From Alphaproteobacteria bacterium UBA3768 (GTDB lineage Bacteria > Pseudomonadota > Alphaproteobacteria > CAAHEQ01 > UBA3637): 64,000 bases of DNA. This document shows positions 1 through 9,804 of the stretch, piece by piece. A model generated the notes under the pieces. It made no database searches. It saw nothing but the letters and a program-made list of their open reading frames with translations, and had not been told where the DNA came from. Numbering within the stretch: position 1 is the first letter of the stretch; each line of letters begins with the position of its first letter. The stretch spans positions 7,294 to 71,293 of the forward strand of contig DFFU01000027.1 in NCBI GenBank assembly GCA_002372315.1, given 5' to 3'. Both the position numbers and the translations under genes were made by a program.

Positions 1-719
1 ATCCAGCAAGGGATTTGTTCGGGATTGAAATCCTGCGTCATAAAGGAAAAAGGTTTAGGTGGATTATCACCATCTTGTCTCTGGCACTTTGACCAATCAA
101 TCGTATTTTTATCCAGGCGAGCTGGAGTACCCGTTTTGAGACGTCCCATGGTGAGGCCGACTTTCTTAAGGGCAGGTGTAATACCATAACAGGCAGGTTC
201 ACCAAAACGACCACCTTTTGTTTGCTCCCTTCCAATGTGCATGACGCCGTTGAGGAAGGTGCCTGTTGTTAAGACAACACATTTGGCATGAATATTTTTT
301 CCATCCACCACAACGCCCGAGATTTTTTCGTTTTCAAAAATAAGGTCTTCAGCAGAGCCTTCCATTAGTGTCAGGTTGGGGTAATGAGCCAATTCTTTCT
401 GCATATACTTCATGTAAAGAGTTTTATCGGCTTGAGCGCGGGGACCTTGGACAGCAGGGCCTTTACTGGCGTTCAGCATACGAAATTGAAGACCTGCTTT
501 ATCTATGATACGCCCCATCACGCCATCTAGCGCATCAATTTCACGCACAAGGGTGCCTTTGCCGAGGCCACCTATTGCAGGATTACAGGACATATCACCG
601 ATGGTTTTGATGTGATGGGTCACGAGCAAAGTTTTCGCGCCCACACGCGCGGAGGCCGTCGCTGCCTCACACCCAGCATGTCCGCCACCCACAACGATAA
701 CGTCATACCCCTTTTGCAT
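1..719 (-). CDS. mnmG: tRNA uridine-5-carboxymethylaminomethyl modification enzyme MnmG/GidA (5' part, runs off window start)
   Basis: Not in the ORF track. Manual minus-strand translation from ATG at 719 gives MQKGYDVIVVGGGHAGCEAA..., then MSCNPAIGGLGKG and LNASKGPAVQGPRAQADK, which are MnmG motifs. Confidence 0.95.
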   Translation of the reverse strand, partial: MQKGYDVIVVGGGHAGCEAATASARVGAKTLLVTHHIKTIGDMSCNPAIGGLGKGTLVREIDALDGVMGRIIDKAGLQFRMLNASKGPAVQGPRAQADKTLYMKYMQKELAHYPNLTLMEGSAEDLIFENEKISGVVVDGKNIHAKCVVLTTGTFLNGVMHIGREQTKGGRFGEPACYGITPALKKVGLTMGRLKTGTPARLDKNTIDWSKCQRQDGDNPPKPFSFMTQDFNPEQIPCW

Positions 720-720
720 C

Positions 721-1122
721 TTATGCTAAACTCCGTTCTTGTTGTTTTAAAAGGGATATTTCTTGTTTTAACTTTTTTTCATGCTTTGTCAATACCGAAT
801 GTGCTACTACGTCTGTGACTGCTGTAGATATGCCTGTCCAAAAAGCAACCTCCCCAATTTTTGATTTAGGAGAATAACAAAAAACACCCAAAGCTGCCAT
901 ATAAAGCAATAATGATGCACAAGAACTTTTAAATTGGAGATTATGATTTTTTATTAACTTTTGATTGACAGAAATTTGTTGTTGATAATTATCCCGTTGC
1001 TTTTCCAATTTCTGTCTTTTTTGTTCTATTTGATTCAAAGAGATAAAACCACCCTCTGGAGTTTGAATAAAAATATCAATTTGTGGTGTTTTCTTTTCTT
1101 GTTTTGTGGGTAAATAGTACAT
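721..1122 (-). CDS. Hypothetical protein, coiled coil plus two hydrophobic segments
   Basis: ORF 721..1158. Likely start ATG 1122 after AAGGAAAGGA. Own TTGATT-N17-TATAAT promoter just upstream. Confidence 0.6.
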   Translation of the reverse strand: MYYLPTKQEKKTPQIDIFIQTPEGGFISLNQIEQKRQKLEKQRDNYQQQISVNQKLIKNHNLQFKSSCASLLLYMAALGVFCYSPKSKIGEVAFWTGISTAVTDVVAHSVLTKHEKKLKQEISLLKQQERSLA

Positions 1123-1175
1123 GATTATTCCTTTCCTTAAAGAATTATTATACACCATTTACCCAAATAAATCAA

Positions 1176-2489
1176 TTATTTTCCTATGCAAAAATCGCGG
1201 AAGATGACGTCCAAGAGTTCCTCCACATCTATGCGCCCTGTGATGCGACCAAGAGCGCGGGCGGCCAAACGCAAATCTTCGGTTTTGAGTTCCAATTCAG
1301 GGGCGGATAAGGCGTCCTGTAAATGCGCAACACATTCAGTAAGTGCCACACGGTAGCGTTCACGGGTAAGAACAGCACCACCCGAAAAATAATCCATTAA
1401 AATCTGCTTTATTTCATCCCAAAGGGCTGTAATGCCAGCACCTGTTTTTGCAGAGATAAAATGCGTTTTTTGTGGTATATTCTTTTTCATTAAATCTGAT
1501 TTATTCCAAATAGTTATTAGACGCTTTTTATCTAAAGATTTAGGTAAATTTTTACTATTAGGATAGTCTTTTGCGTCTTGAATTGACAGAATTAAATCCG
1601 CCTGCTCTGCACGTTTTACTGCACGACGAATACCTTCAGCCTCAATTTCTTCTTCAGAATCACGAAGCCCTGCTGTATCTGCCAAAATAACAGGGAATCC
1701 CGCAACATCCAAATGAGCTTCCACAATATCACGCGTGGTACCAGCCGTTTGCGACACAATAGCAACTTCGCGTTTAGTAAGGGCATTAATAAGCGAGGAT
1801 TTGCCCACATTGGGCACACCCAAAATTGCAATTTGAAAACCTTCTCGCAGGCGTTCACCACGTCTATCGTCCGAAAGGTGATTGGAAATTTTTTGAATCA
1901 AATCATGAATATCGTGGTTGATTTCCTGTTCTTTCTCGGGCGGAATTTCTTCCTCTGGAAAGTCAATAAAGGCTTCCGCATACGCCAAGTGATGCACCAG
2001 TTGTTTGCGCCAACTTTCATAAAGCTGACCCAAATTACCATCCAGTTGCGCAAGGGCTTGTTTACGTTGTTCTTCTGTTTCCGCATGCACCAAATCCAAC
2101 AGGCCTTCCGCTTCCGTTAAATCCATTTTACCGTTGATAACAGCACGGCGAGAATATTCGCCCCGTTCAGCCGGGCGAAGCCCTGAAATTTCAGAAAGTG
2201 CCTGCATAATGGCCTGAATAACACCGCGTCCACCATGGACTTGAAGTTCGGCAACATCCTCACCCGTAAAACTGTGAGGAGCTTTAAAATACAAAATAAG
2301 GCCTTTATCCAAAGTTTTATCGCCCGATTTTATGGGACGAAAATAGGCATAGTTTGGTTTTGGATTTTTTAAATCACAGAATCTTTTCAAAACAGTTAAA
2401 ACCTGAGGCCCCGACACACGAATGACTGCAACACCGGCCGTTCCAAGACCCGAGGCCAAAGCATAAATCGTATCGCCCGATTGGTACAT
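1176..2489 (-). CDS. mnmE: tRNA modification GTPase MnmE/TrmE
   Basis: DTIYALASG..AGVAVIRVSG, PHSFTGED, G1 GVPNVGKSSL, GTTRD, DTAG, C-terminal FCIGK. Confidence 0.97.
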   Translation of the reverse strand: MYQSGDTIYALASGLGTAGVAVIRVSGPQVLTVLKRFCDLKNPKPNYAYFRPIKSGDKTLDKGLILYFKAPHSFTGEDVAELQVHGGRGVIQAIMQALSEISGLRPAERGEYSRRAVINGKMDLTEAEGLLDLVHAETEEQRKQALAQLDGNLGQLYESWRKQLVHHLAYAEAFIDFPEEEIPPEKEQEINHDIHDLIQKISNHLSDDRRGERLREGFQIAILGVPNVGKSSLINALTKREVAIVSQTAGTTRDIVEAHLDVAGFPVILADTAGLRDSEEEIEAEGIRRAVKRAEQADLILSIQDAKDYPNSKNLPKSLDKKRLITIWNKSDLMKKNIPQKTHFISAKTGAGITALWDEIKQILMDYFSGGAVLTRERYRVALTECVAHLQDALSAPELELKTEDLRLAARALGRITGRIDVEELLDVIFRDFCIGK

Positions 2490-3109
2490 TATAGATCCTC
2501 CAACACACGATAAACTTCACCACGCAACTCGGCCAACCCCTGCCCTGTTTCTGAACTGGTCATCAACATTTCCGGATAACAGGCCACATGTTCTTTTCCC
2601 TTTTCAAAAGTCTTTTGAAAAACATCATCCAATTCTGACTTTTTCAACTTATCCGCTTTGGTTAGAACAATGTAATAACTGACACCCGATCGATCCAACA
2701 TTTTCATAATATCTTCGTCTACTTTTTTGAGACCATGACGGGCATCAATCAGTAAAAAGACGCGTTTAAGTTGTTGGCGACCGCGCAGATAATCATGAAT
2801 TAAACGAGTCCACATTTCAACCATTTTTTTAGGTGCAGCGGCATAACCATATCCCGGCAAATCCACCAAAAAGAATTGCTGTCCCACTTGAAAGAAGTTT
2901 ACTTCTTGCGTACGTCCAGGAGTATTACTAGCGCGCGCAATGGGCTTACTTGTCAAAGAATTTATCAAAGAAGATTTTCCAACGTTAGAGCGCCCTGCAA
3001 AGGCAATTTCAGGCAAACGAAAAGTTGGTAATTCGGACTCTGTCCTTACCCCACGGGTAAAAACAACTTCTTGTTCAAAAAGTGCTTTTCCTTTGGTTTC
3101 AAACGCCAT
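2489..3109 (-). CDS. engB: Ribosome biogenesis GTP-binding protein EngB/YihA/YsxC
   Basis: PEIAFAGRSNVGKSSLIN, SNTPGRTQ, DLPGYGYA, TKADK. Confidence 0.95.
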   Translation of the reverse strand: MAFETKGKALFEQEVVFTRGVRTESELPTFRLPEIAFAGRSNVGKSSLINSLTSKPIARASNTPGRTQEVNFFQVGQQFFLVDLPGYGYAAAPKKMVEMWTRLIHDYLRGRQQLKRVFLLIDARHGLKKVDEDIMKMLDRSGVSYYIVLTKADKLKKSELDDVFQKTFEKGKEHVACYPEMLMTSSETGQGLAELRGEVYRVLEDL

Positions 3110-4746
3110 TATTTCACTTTCTTCATAATATAACGTTGCTGAAAAATAGACAGGATATTACTCCACGTCCAATATAAAATCAAACCAACCGCAAATTGCC
3201 CCATCATAAACGTAAATATAATTGGCATGAATTTGAACATATTGGCTTGAGCCTTATCTACGGTAGCGGGCTGAGGTGTCAATTTTTGTTGAATATACAT
3301 CGTAATCCCCATCAAAATCGGCATAACCCCCAAATTTAAAAATGATGGAATCTCCCAAGGTACTAAACCAAACAAAGTAAACACTGAGCTAGGGTCTGGT
3401 GCAGATAAATCTTGAATCCAACCAAAAAAGGGTGCTTGTCGCATTTGGATGGAAACAGATAAAACCTTGTAAAGTGCAAAAAATACAGGAATTTGAATCA
3501 ACATCGGCAAGCACCCACCTGCTGGATTGATTTTTTCTCGTTTATAAAGTGCCATCATTTCTTGTTGCAAACGCAGACGATCATCCTTATAACGTTCTTG
3601 AATTGATTTAATTTGTGGTTGAATCTTTTTCATCTGAGCCATTGAAACATATGACTTAGTCGCCACAGGCAACAATAATAATCGCAACAATGTGGCAAAC
3701 AACAAAATTGCTATCCCCATATTTCCCACTAATGCATACAGCCATTGCAAAAAGTAGAGAAATGGCTTTGTTAAAAAATAGAACCATCCAAAATCAATTG
3801 TCAAATCAAATTTAGGAATATTATAAAGGGTCATATAGTCATTGATCAAGTTTAAGTTTTTAGCACCAGCGAAAATACGCGTCGTTCGTGTAATAGATTG
3901 TTCGCCCCCTAAGGTCATTGGATTCGTTTGAAAGGTTGCCTGATACATATCTTGATTAAGAGCATTTGTCAATTGTACCTGTTCATCACTTTGGGGAATC
4001 AAAATCGTTTGCCAGTACTTATCCGTTATTCCCATCCAAGTATCCTTAGTATGGTATGAAATTGTTTCTTTTTCAATTTTAGAATAATTATTTTCCTGTA
4101 ACCGATTATCAGCCAATTCAACAAACCCCGTGTGGACAACTGAACGTTCTGTGGGAATTGTTTGTGGAGAACGATTAATTTGTCCCGTCAGCTGAATCAC
4201 AAAAGGTTGCTTGGATGTATTGGATACAGTATCTGTAACCGTCAACATATAATGATCATCCAAAGAAATCGTTCGCATCAGGGATAAGTCACGACTTTTA
4301 GCACCGAATACCAATGGAGTTTCAGGGGTTAATTCAGATCCTGATTGCAAAATCATAGGAATTTTTTGCCCTGCAACAATCCAATAAAGATCCACAAAGT
4401 AATTATCAGATAATAGTTGAACATTTGGACTATCCTCGGCTAAGTTTTCTTTATATTGTGTCAATGTCCAATGGCGAATTGTTGAACCATCCGCATCAAT
4501 CTGCCCCGAAATAAATCCATTTCGCACGGGAAAGGTTTTTGTTTCATTTTTACCTTTTTTTGGGGGCACAGCTGGAACAGGCAGTGTTGGTACTGCAGGT
4601 TCCGATATAACTTGTTGTTCCTGTACAATCTCTGGCTCTTGTTTAGGTCGATTAAATGACTGAAAACAAAATAAAACAACCATAATTAAAACAAGAGCCC
4701 CAAACATATTTTTTTCTTCGGATTTAATTTGCTTTGGATTTTGCAT
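3109..4746 (-). CDS. yidC: Membrane protein insertase YidC
   Basis: IDFGWFYFLTKP, GNMGIAI, INPAGGCLPMLIQIPVFFALY, GLILYWTWSNILSIFQQ. Confidence 0.95.
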   Translation of the reverse strand: MQNPKQIKSEEKNMFGALVLIMVVLFCFQSFNRPKQEPEIVQEQQVISEPAVPTLPVPAVPPKKGKNETKTFPVRNGFISGQIDADGSTIRHWTLTQYKENLAEDSPNVQLLSDNYFVDLYWIVAGQKIPMILQSGSELTPETPLVFGAKSRDLSLMRTISLDDHYMLTVTDTVSNTSKQPFVIQLTGQINRSPQTIPTERSVVHTGFVELADNRLQENNYSKIEKETISYHTKDTWMGITDKYWQTILIPQSDEQVQLTNALNQDMYQATFQTNPMTLGGEQSITRTTRIFAGAKNLNLINDYMTLYNIPKFDLTIDFGWFYFLTKPFLYFLQWLYALVGNMGIAILLFATLLRLLLLPVATKSYVSMAQMKKIQPQIKSIQERYKDDRLRLQQEMMALYKREKINPAGGCLPMLIQIPVFFALYKVLSVSIQMRQAPFFGWIQDLSAPDPSSVFTLFGLVPWEIPSFLNLGVMPILMGITMYIQQKLTPQPATVDKAQANMFKFMPIIFTFMMGQFAVGLILYWTWSNILSIFQQRYIMKKVK

Positions 4747-4886
4747 GATATTCCTTTCATTTTTGGGCTATTTTATACAAATTATCCCCAAAAATCAAGC
4801 CATTTTCTAAAAAAGAAAATACTTTTACTTTTTTATTGCATAAAATAAAAAAATCACTTAAAATAGTTTCAGATAAGGAGACAAAC

Positions 4887-5915
4887 ATGCATACATTTAG
4901 AAAATATACAATTACCAACACCAGATATTTTCTTTATAAATCAGTATGTTATAATAAATTTTCACGTTCGTGTTACTCGGCGGGGATGCCTTCCTATGCC
5001 TACGAATCTGGTCGTTCTATGATAGAGATGCTGGGAGTGCTGGCAATCATCGGGGTATTATCTGTGGGTGGTGTTGCGGGCTATACATCCACCATGAACA
5101 AACACAAAGCCAATGAGCTGCTGAATGAGGCCAGTAAACGCGCAGTTGTATGCATGGCGCAAATAGAGGCCGGCAATAGCCCATCAGTATCGGATTTTGG
5201 CCCCTTTGATGGATATAGCTTTACCGTTGCCCCCAATCCCGCCAATGCGAATCAGTTCCAATTGACGCTATCGGGGAAAACCATTCCCGAAGCGGTATGC
5301 AACAATATGGAAAACACGGTGGGCAATTCCACCCCAGTGCGTGACATTGTTGCTGATTGCAATAATGCAAGTAATATGGTTTTAACCTATAATAATGACA
5401 TGAGTGCAACCACTAATTATGACGAAAGTCAATCAGTATGCGAAAGTGCAGGAGGAAATTGGGTATGTCCCCGCATAATATCAGAGATTTTGAAAGCTAA
5501 AGATGAAGGTATGGATGATGATGAAATAGATGCCCTTCTATCATCCAGATTTGATTTAACACTTGCAGATCTAAAATGTGCCTGTGAATTAGGTACAATT
5601 GAACAGTATGTAGAGTGTCCAGATGTTGGAAGTTGCATTCACTACGGTCCAAATGAAAATGCAAGTTGCGCTGGGGGTTTTCGCTCAACTTACTGCATAA
5701 CTTGTCCGAAAGAGTATGAATTAGTTACCTATCCCAAAGGCGAATTTGGTACTTCAGTTATGTGTTTGGATAGTCCACAAAAAGCTTGTGCTAAGAATCC
5801 TTACCTAGATGGTTATGATGGTTGTGTTGAATGCCCAGAGGGGCAATCACCCTACTGTTATGTGCATGAGGATGTATATGCTGTTGGTCAATGTATATGC
5901 GTGGAAAATACATAG
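4887..5915 (+). CDS. Type IV pilin-like protein with long leader and Cys-rich C-terminal region
   Basis: ESG|RSMIEMLGVLAIIGVLSVGG class III signal. AAGGAG RBS before ATG 4887. TTGCAT-N17-TAAAAT upstream. Many Cys in the C-terminal half. Confidence 0.8.
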   Translation: MHTFRKYTITNTRYFLYKSVCYNKFSRSCYSAGMPSYAYESGRSMIEMLGVLAIIGVLSVGGVAGYTSTMNKHKANELLNEASKRAVVCMAQIEAGNSPSVSDFGPFDGYSFTVAPNPANANQFQLTLSGKTIPEAVCNNMENTVGNSTPVRDIVADCNNASNMVLTYNNDMSATTNYDESQSVCESAGGNWVCPRIISEILKAKDEGMDDDEIDALLSSRFDLTLADLKCACELGTIEQYVECPDVGSCIHYGPNENASCAGGFRSTYCITCPKEYELVTYPKGEFGTSVMCLDSPQKACAKNPYLDGYDGCVECPEGQSPYCYVHEDVYAVGQCICVENT

Positions 5916-5964
5916 ATCCTTTTTCATTTGCCCAAAAGGATCAACAACTATCACGACATAAAAA

Positions 5965-6372
5965 TTACCTGTTGGATAGAACTTTATCCACCCAGGATTG
6001 ATAATCTGAACGCAGAGCAATACGTCCAAAATCTGGAACAGGAATCGTGGTTGTTTCGCCTTCTTTAATACGATTTAAGGCGGGGTCAAAACATTTTTTA
6101 TTGATAAATTTATGTAATGATTTATCAATTAAACATAAATTTGAAATTTTATTATTGCCACCACCAGATAAAGGAACAATGTGATGAATATCATACCCAT
6201 GGGGGATCAATCCCCGCGCTGCTCGTGCCAAATTTATTTGTTTAGCATAGGGATTCAACTTACCCGAACGATAAAGCCATAAGACAAATACTCGGTTCAA
6301 CCTTTTATGATCGAATTCTTTGCGCATTTGGTGCGTATATTCTTTACTTTGTTTTGTAAAAATAACTGGCAT
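5965..6372 (-). CDS. HNH endonuclease
   Basis: GYDIHHIVPLSGGGNNKISNLCLIDKSLHKFIN betabetaalpha-metal motif. Starts 1 nt after the recG stop. Confidence 0.85.
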   Translation of the reverse strand: MPVIFTKQSKEYTHQMRKEFDHKRLNRVFVLWLYRSGKLNPYAKQINLARAARGLIPHGYDIHHIVPLSGGGNNKISNLCLIDKSLHKFINKKCFDPALNRIKEGETTTIPVPDFGRIALRSDYQSWVDKVLSNR

Positions 6373-6373
6373 T

Positions 6374-8416
6374 CTACCCCGCTTTCAAAGTCATTATAGC
6401 TTTTTCGCGTTCAAAAAGATACAATAATATGCGTAAATTTTTATTTTTTTCCAAATGTGGATCGTTTTGTAAAATTTTTTGTGCCTGTTCTGCGGCCAAT
6501 TCTAACCAATTTTGATCCTCAGGCAACTGAGCTAAACGATATTGTTGAAAACCACTTTGACGCAACCCCAAAACTTCCCCAGCTCCTCGCATTTGTAAAT
6601 CTTTATTGGATATTTCAAAGCCGTTATCCGATCTGCGTAGAATATCCAATCTTTCCTTACCATTTTCACCCAAGCGACCATGCAATAGGACACAAAAAGA
6701 AGATTGATTTCCCCTGCCCACACGGCCTCGCAATTGGTGTAATGTAGCCAATCCAAATCTTTCGGCGTGTTCCACAATCATGATACTAGCATTGGGAACA
6801 TCTACACCTACCTCTATTACTGTGGTTGAAACCAAAATACGGATTTTTCCCATCTGGAAATCGTGCATGACAGATTCTTTTTCGTCTGCTTTCATTTTAC
6901 CATGTATTAAACCAACAAAGTCCCCAAATTCTTTTTTAAGCTCATGATATCTTTTTTCTGCCGCCATTAAATCCGATTTTTCAGATTCAGAAACCAAAGG
7001 ACAAACCCAATATACTTGCGCCGTTGTTTCTTTTAATTTCTCAACTAATTGTGGAATTTTACCCAACGTCATCACACGGGTTAAAATACTTTGACGCCCC
7101 TTAGGTTTTTCATCCAAAACAGAAATATCCATATCGCCATAGGTTGTCATCGCCAAAGAACGTGGAATGGGCGTAGCACTCATCACTAGCAAATTACATC
7201 CCTTTTGTTTTTGAATTAAATCCAAACGTTGATTGACTCCAAATCGATGTTGCTCATCCACAATCGCCAAACCCAATTTTTGAAACTGAACATTGTCCTC
7301 TATCAAGGCGTGCGTTCCAATTAAAAATTGAATTTTCCCTTGCACTAAATTATTCAAAATTGCCTTACGTACTTTACCTTTTTCTTTGGCTGTTAAAAGG
7401 GCCACTTGTACCCCTGATTTAGCCAACAATTTTTGAATTTTTCCATAATGTTGACGCGCCAAAATATCCGTAGGTGCCATCAGGGCTACTTGATGGTTAT
7501 TTGCTATCACATGCAGAGCCGATAAAACTGCCACAATCGTTTTTCCAGACCCTACATCACCTTGCAGTAATCGATTCATGGGAAAAGGGGCTGATAAATC
7601 ATCACTTATTTCATATAAAACTTTTTGTTGTGCTTTCGTCAATTGGAATGGTAAATTTAATTTAATTGTATTTTTTAAAGGACACCCTATGCCCATCTGC
7701 TGTTGATGGTACTGACGAATAAGTTTTAATGATAATTGGTGGGCTAATAACTCATCATAGATCAATCTTTGACGCGCAGGATTGTTACGACTGCAATCAG
7801 ATATCATTTTGGGATGATGGGCACAAAATAAAGACTGTTTCCAAGAAAGAAAATGATTTTTGTGGATTACTTCTTCATCCAACCATTCGGGTAGTTCTGG
7901 AATTTTTTGCCATACATTTTCCATTAAACGCGTCAAAGTGGCACTTGTTTTACCCTCAGTCATGGGGTAAATAATTTGGTATTCAGGAATTTTATCCGAT
8001 AAAAGAGCTATTCCATCTGGATGTATTATTTCGTAATAATTCTCCTTTTCATGCAGGGTACCTGCCACAAAAATTTTACTTTCAATAGGAAATTTAGAAG
8101 TCATTGACGCTAAATGATAGTGAAAAAATATCAAATCAACACGTCCAAAATCTGCCTGACAAATAATGCGTAGAGGCAATCTTTTGATTTTAGGAACCAC
8201 ATATTCTTTTACAGAAAGCCGCGTACGAATTGGCTCATCCAATGGTGGATTTTTATCAAAAAAAATCCTGTGTTTAACACTGGCAGGTAAATGCCAAAGC
8301 ATATCTATCACACATCCACTACCACATAAATATTTCAACCAGCGCGCTGTTTTATCGCCAATACCTTTGATAGATTTTAATTCTTCAAACAGGGGTAATA
8401 AAATTTCTGGTCTCAT
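6374..8416 (-). CDS. recG: ATP-dependent DNA helicase RecG
   Basis: MNRLLQGDVGSGKT, DEQHRFGV, MSATPIPRSL, AERFGLATLHQLRGRVGRG. Confidence 0.96.
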   Translation of the reverse strand: MRPEILLPLFEELKSIKGIGDKTARWLKYLCGSGCVIDMLWHLPASVKHRIFFDKNPPLDEPIRTRLSVKEYVVPKIKRLPLRIICQADFGRVDLIFFHYHLASMTSKFPIESKIFVAGTLHEKENYYEIIHPDGIALLSDKIPEYQIIYPMTEGKTSATLTRLMENVWQKIPELPEWLDEEVIHKNHFLSWKQSLFCAHHPKMISDCSRNNPARQRLIYDELLAHQLSLKLIRQYHQQQMGIGCPLKNTIKLNLPFQLTKAQQKVLYEISDDLSAPFPMNRLLQGDVGSGKTIVAVLSALHVIANNHQVALMAPTDILARQHYGKIQKLLAKSGVQVALLTAKEKGKVRKAILNNLVQGKIQFLIGTHALIEDNVQFQKLGLAIVDEQHRFGVNQRLDLIQKQKGCNLLVMSATPIPRSLAMTTYGDMDISVLDEKPKGRQSILTRVMTLGKIPQLVEKLKETTAQVYWVCPLVSESEKSDLMAAEKRYHELKKEFGDFVGLIHGKMKADEKESVMHDFQMGKIRILVSTTVIEVGVDVPNASIMIVEHAERFGLATLHQLRGRVGRGNQSSFCVLLHGRLGENGKERLDILRRSDNGFEISNKDLQMRGAGEVLGLRQSGFQQYRLAQLPEDQNWLELAAEQAQKILQNDPHLEKNKNLRILLYLFEREKAIMTLKAG

Positions 8417-8832
8417 TTAGTCTTTTTTAATTGTGCTGGTGGACGCTTTGTTTTTAAAAAAGTTCCATCTGATAATTTCACAGAACCATCGCTATATACA
8501 ACAGATTTAAAAATAGGCATATTTTCGAAACGGTGTAAAACCTCTTTACAATTCATTTTTGGGGTATTTTTTTGCTTACGCATTGCGGTTGATTTTTCCT
8601 CAGCATATCGACGATAGCCGGCAATTTCTTCTTCATCAGAATGACTGTTTAGGGCAATTAGCCGTGCTGAAATCAATTCAAAATCTGCTATTTTTTTGCT
8701 ATTTTCCTTACAGGTTTCGGCCAAACCAGCCATTGTACCAAGCATAGCAGCATCTTCCAAGGCTGATGCACCAGCAGCAAAAACTGAAAAGGAAAAAGTA
8801 CATATAAATAAAACTAATAAATAATTTTTCAT
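8413..8832 (-). CDS. Hypothetical exported protein
   Basis: Signal peptide MKNYLLVLFICTFSFSVFA, two Cys in the mature part, 4-nt overlap with recG start. Confidence 0.7.
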   Translation of the reverse strand: MKNYLLVLFICTFSFSVFAAGASALEDAAMLGTMAGLAETCKENSKKIADFELISARLIALNSHSDEEEIAGYRRYAEEKSTAMRKQKNTPKMNCKEVLHRFENMPIFKSVVYSDGSVKLSDGTFLKTKRPPAQLKKTK

Positions 8833-8940
8833 ACGAACTCCTTGTATCGCTATTTAAGGTTAATTTAAAAAAAAATTCAAGAAAAAAGAGTTGAACTTTA
8901 CAAAAAAATACATTACACTCTATAAAAAAAGGGACCTTAG

Positions 8941-9804
8941 ATGAAAAAAAAGAACCCCATATCCGAAACACCAAAAGATAAAGATCAGTTGGAGGCTTAT
9001 CCCAGCCGAAAACAGGTATCCGCCTTTCCAGAAAGGCGTTTCATTAAAATGAATCGTATTTTGGTTATTTTTGCGCTCATTAACCTAGCATGTATGTTTG
9101 CAGGAGCCGGCATTTTCATCTATTCAGCCCAAAGAGTTAGCGCACGTGTTCAAAACAATCAAGGTTTAATGCTTTTTCAATTAGACAGAGAAGAAAAAGT
9201 ATTAAATCAAGCTGAGTATATGCAAAGATCCATGCCTGCACGACAATTTATTACTGAAAATTTTTTACGACATTATATTACCGAAAGAAATGCTTTAAAT
9301 GATAAAACACTCTACGAAGCACAAAACCTTTTAAATGACCAAAGTTTCGTCATACGATCATCACTCAAGTCAATGAGAGAATCAGCACGAAAAGGCTTGG
9401 AATCTTTGCTTAATGAGACCATTGGTCAAAATAAAGTTCGTGATGTACACATCTATAATTTACACCCTTATTATGGTAGTTTATGGACTGCTGTCATAGA
9501 AACATTTGACTTTCCAAAACAGGACTCTGCACTTCCTGTTTGTAATTGTTTTAACAACACCTCAGAATGTTTAAAATGCAAATATGAAAATACCCTGTTG
9601 CGTCAACGGAGACGTATTTGGATTAGAGTCATTTATAGCAAAAATAACGAAGATAAATGGGTAAGAGATACGGCCGAAAAAATTACAAAAACATCTATGG
9701 ATAATCCTTTTGGGATTGTTATTATAGGTTATTATGTGGGATATATGCCGAAGGATCCACAAAATCTTGATTGGGATCTACCCTCTGAATTAAGAAAAAA
9801 TTAA
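8941..9804 (+). CDS. VirB8/TrbF-like type IV secretion inner-membrane protein
   Basis: Short cytoplasmic N-terminus, single TM, FLRHYITERN (VirB8 'YV..RE'-like) and C-terminal DNPFGIVIIGY (VirB8 NPLG motif). Confidence 0.65.
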   Translation: MKKKNPISETPKDKDQLEAYPSRKQVSAFPERRFIKMNRILVIFALINLACMFAGAGIFIYSAQRVSARVQNNQGLMLFQLDREEKVLNQAEYMQRSMPARQFITENFLRHYITERNALNDKTLYEAQNLLNDQSFVIRSSLKSMRESARKGLESLLNETIGQNKVRDVHIYNLHPYYGSLWTAVIETFDFPKQDSALPVCNCFNNTSECLKCKYENTLLRQRRRIWIRVIYSKNNEDKWVRDTAEKITKTSMDNPFGIVIIGYYVGYMPKDPQNLDWDLPSELRKN

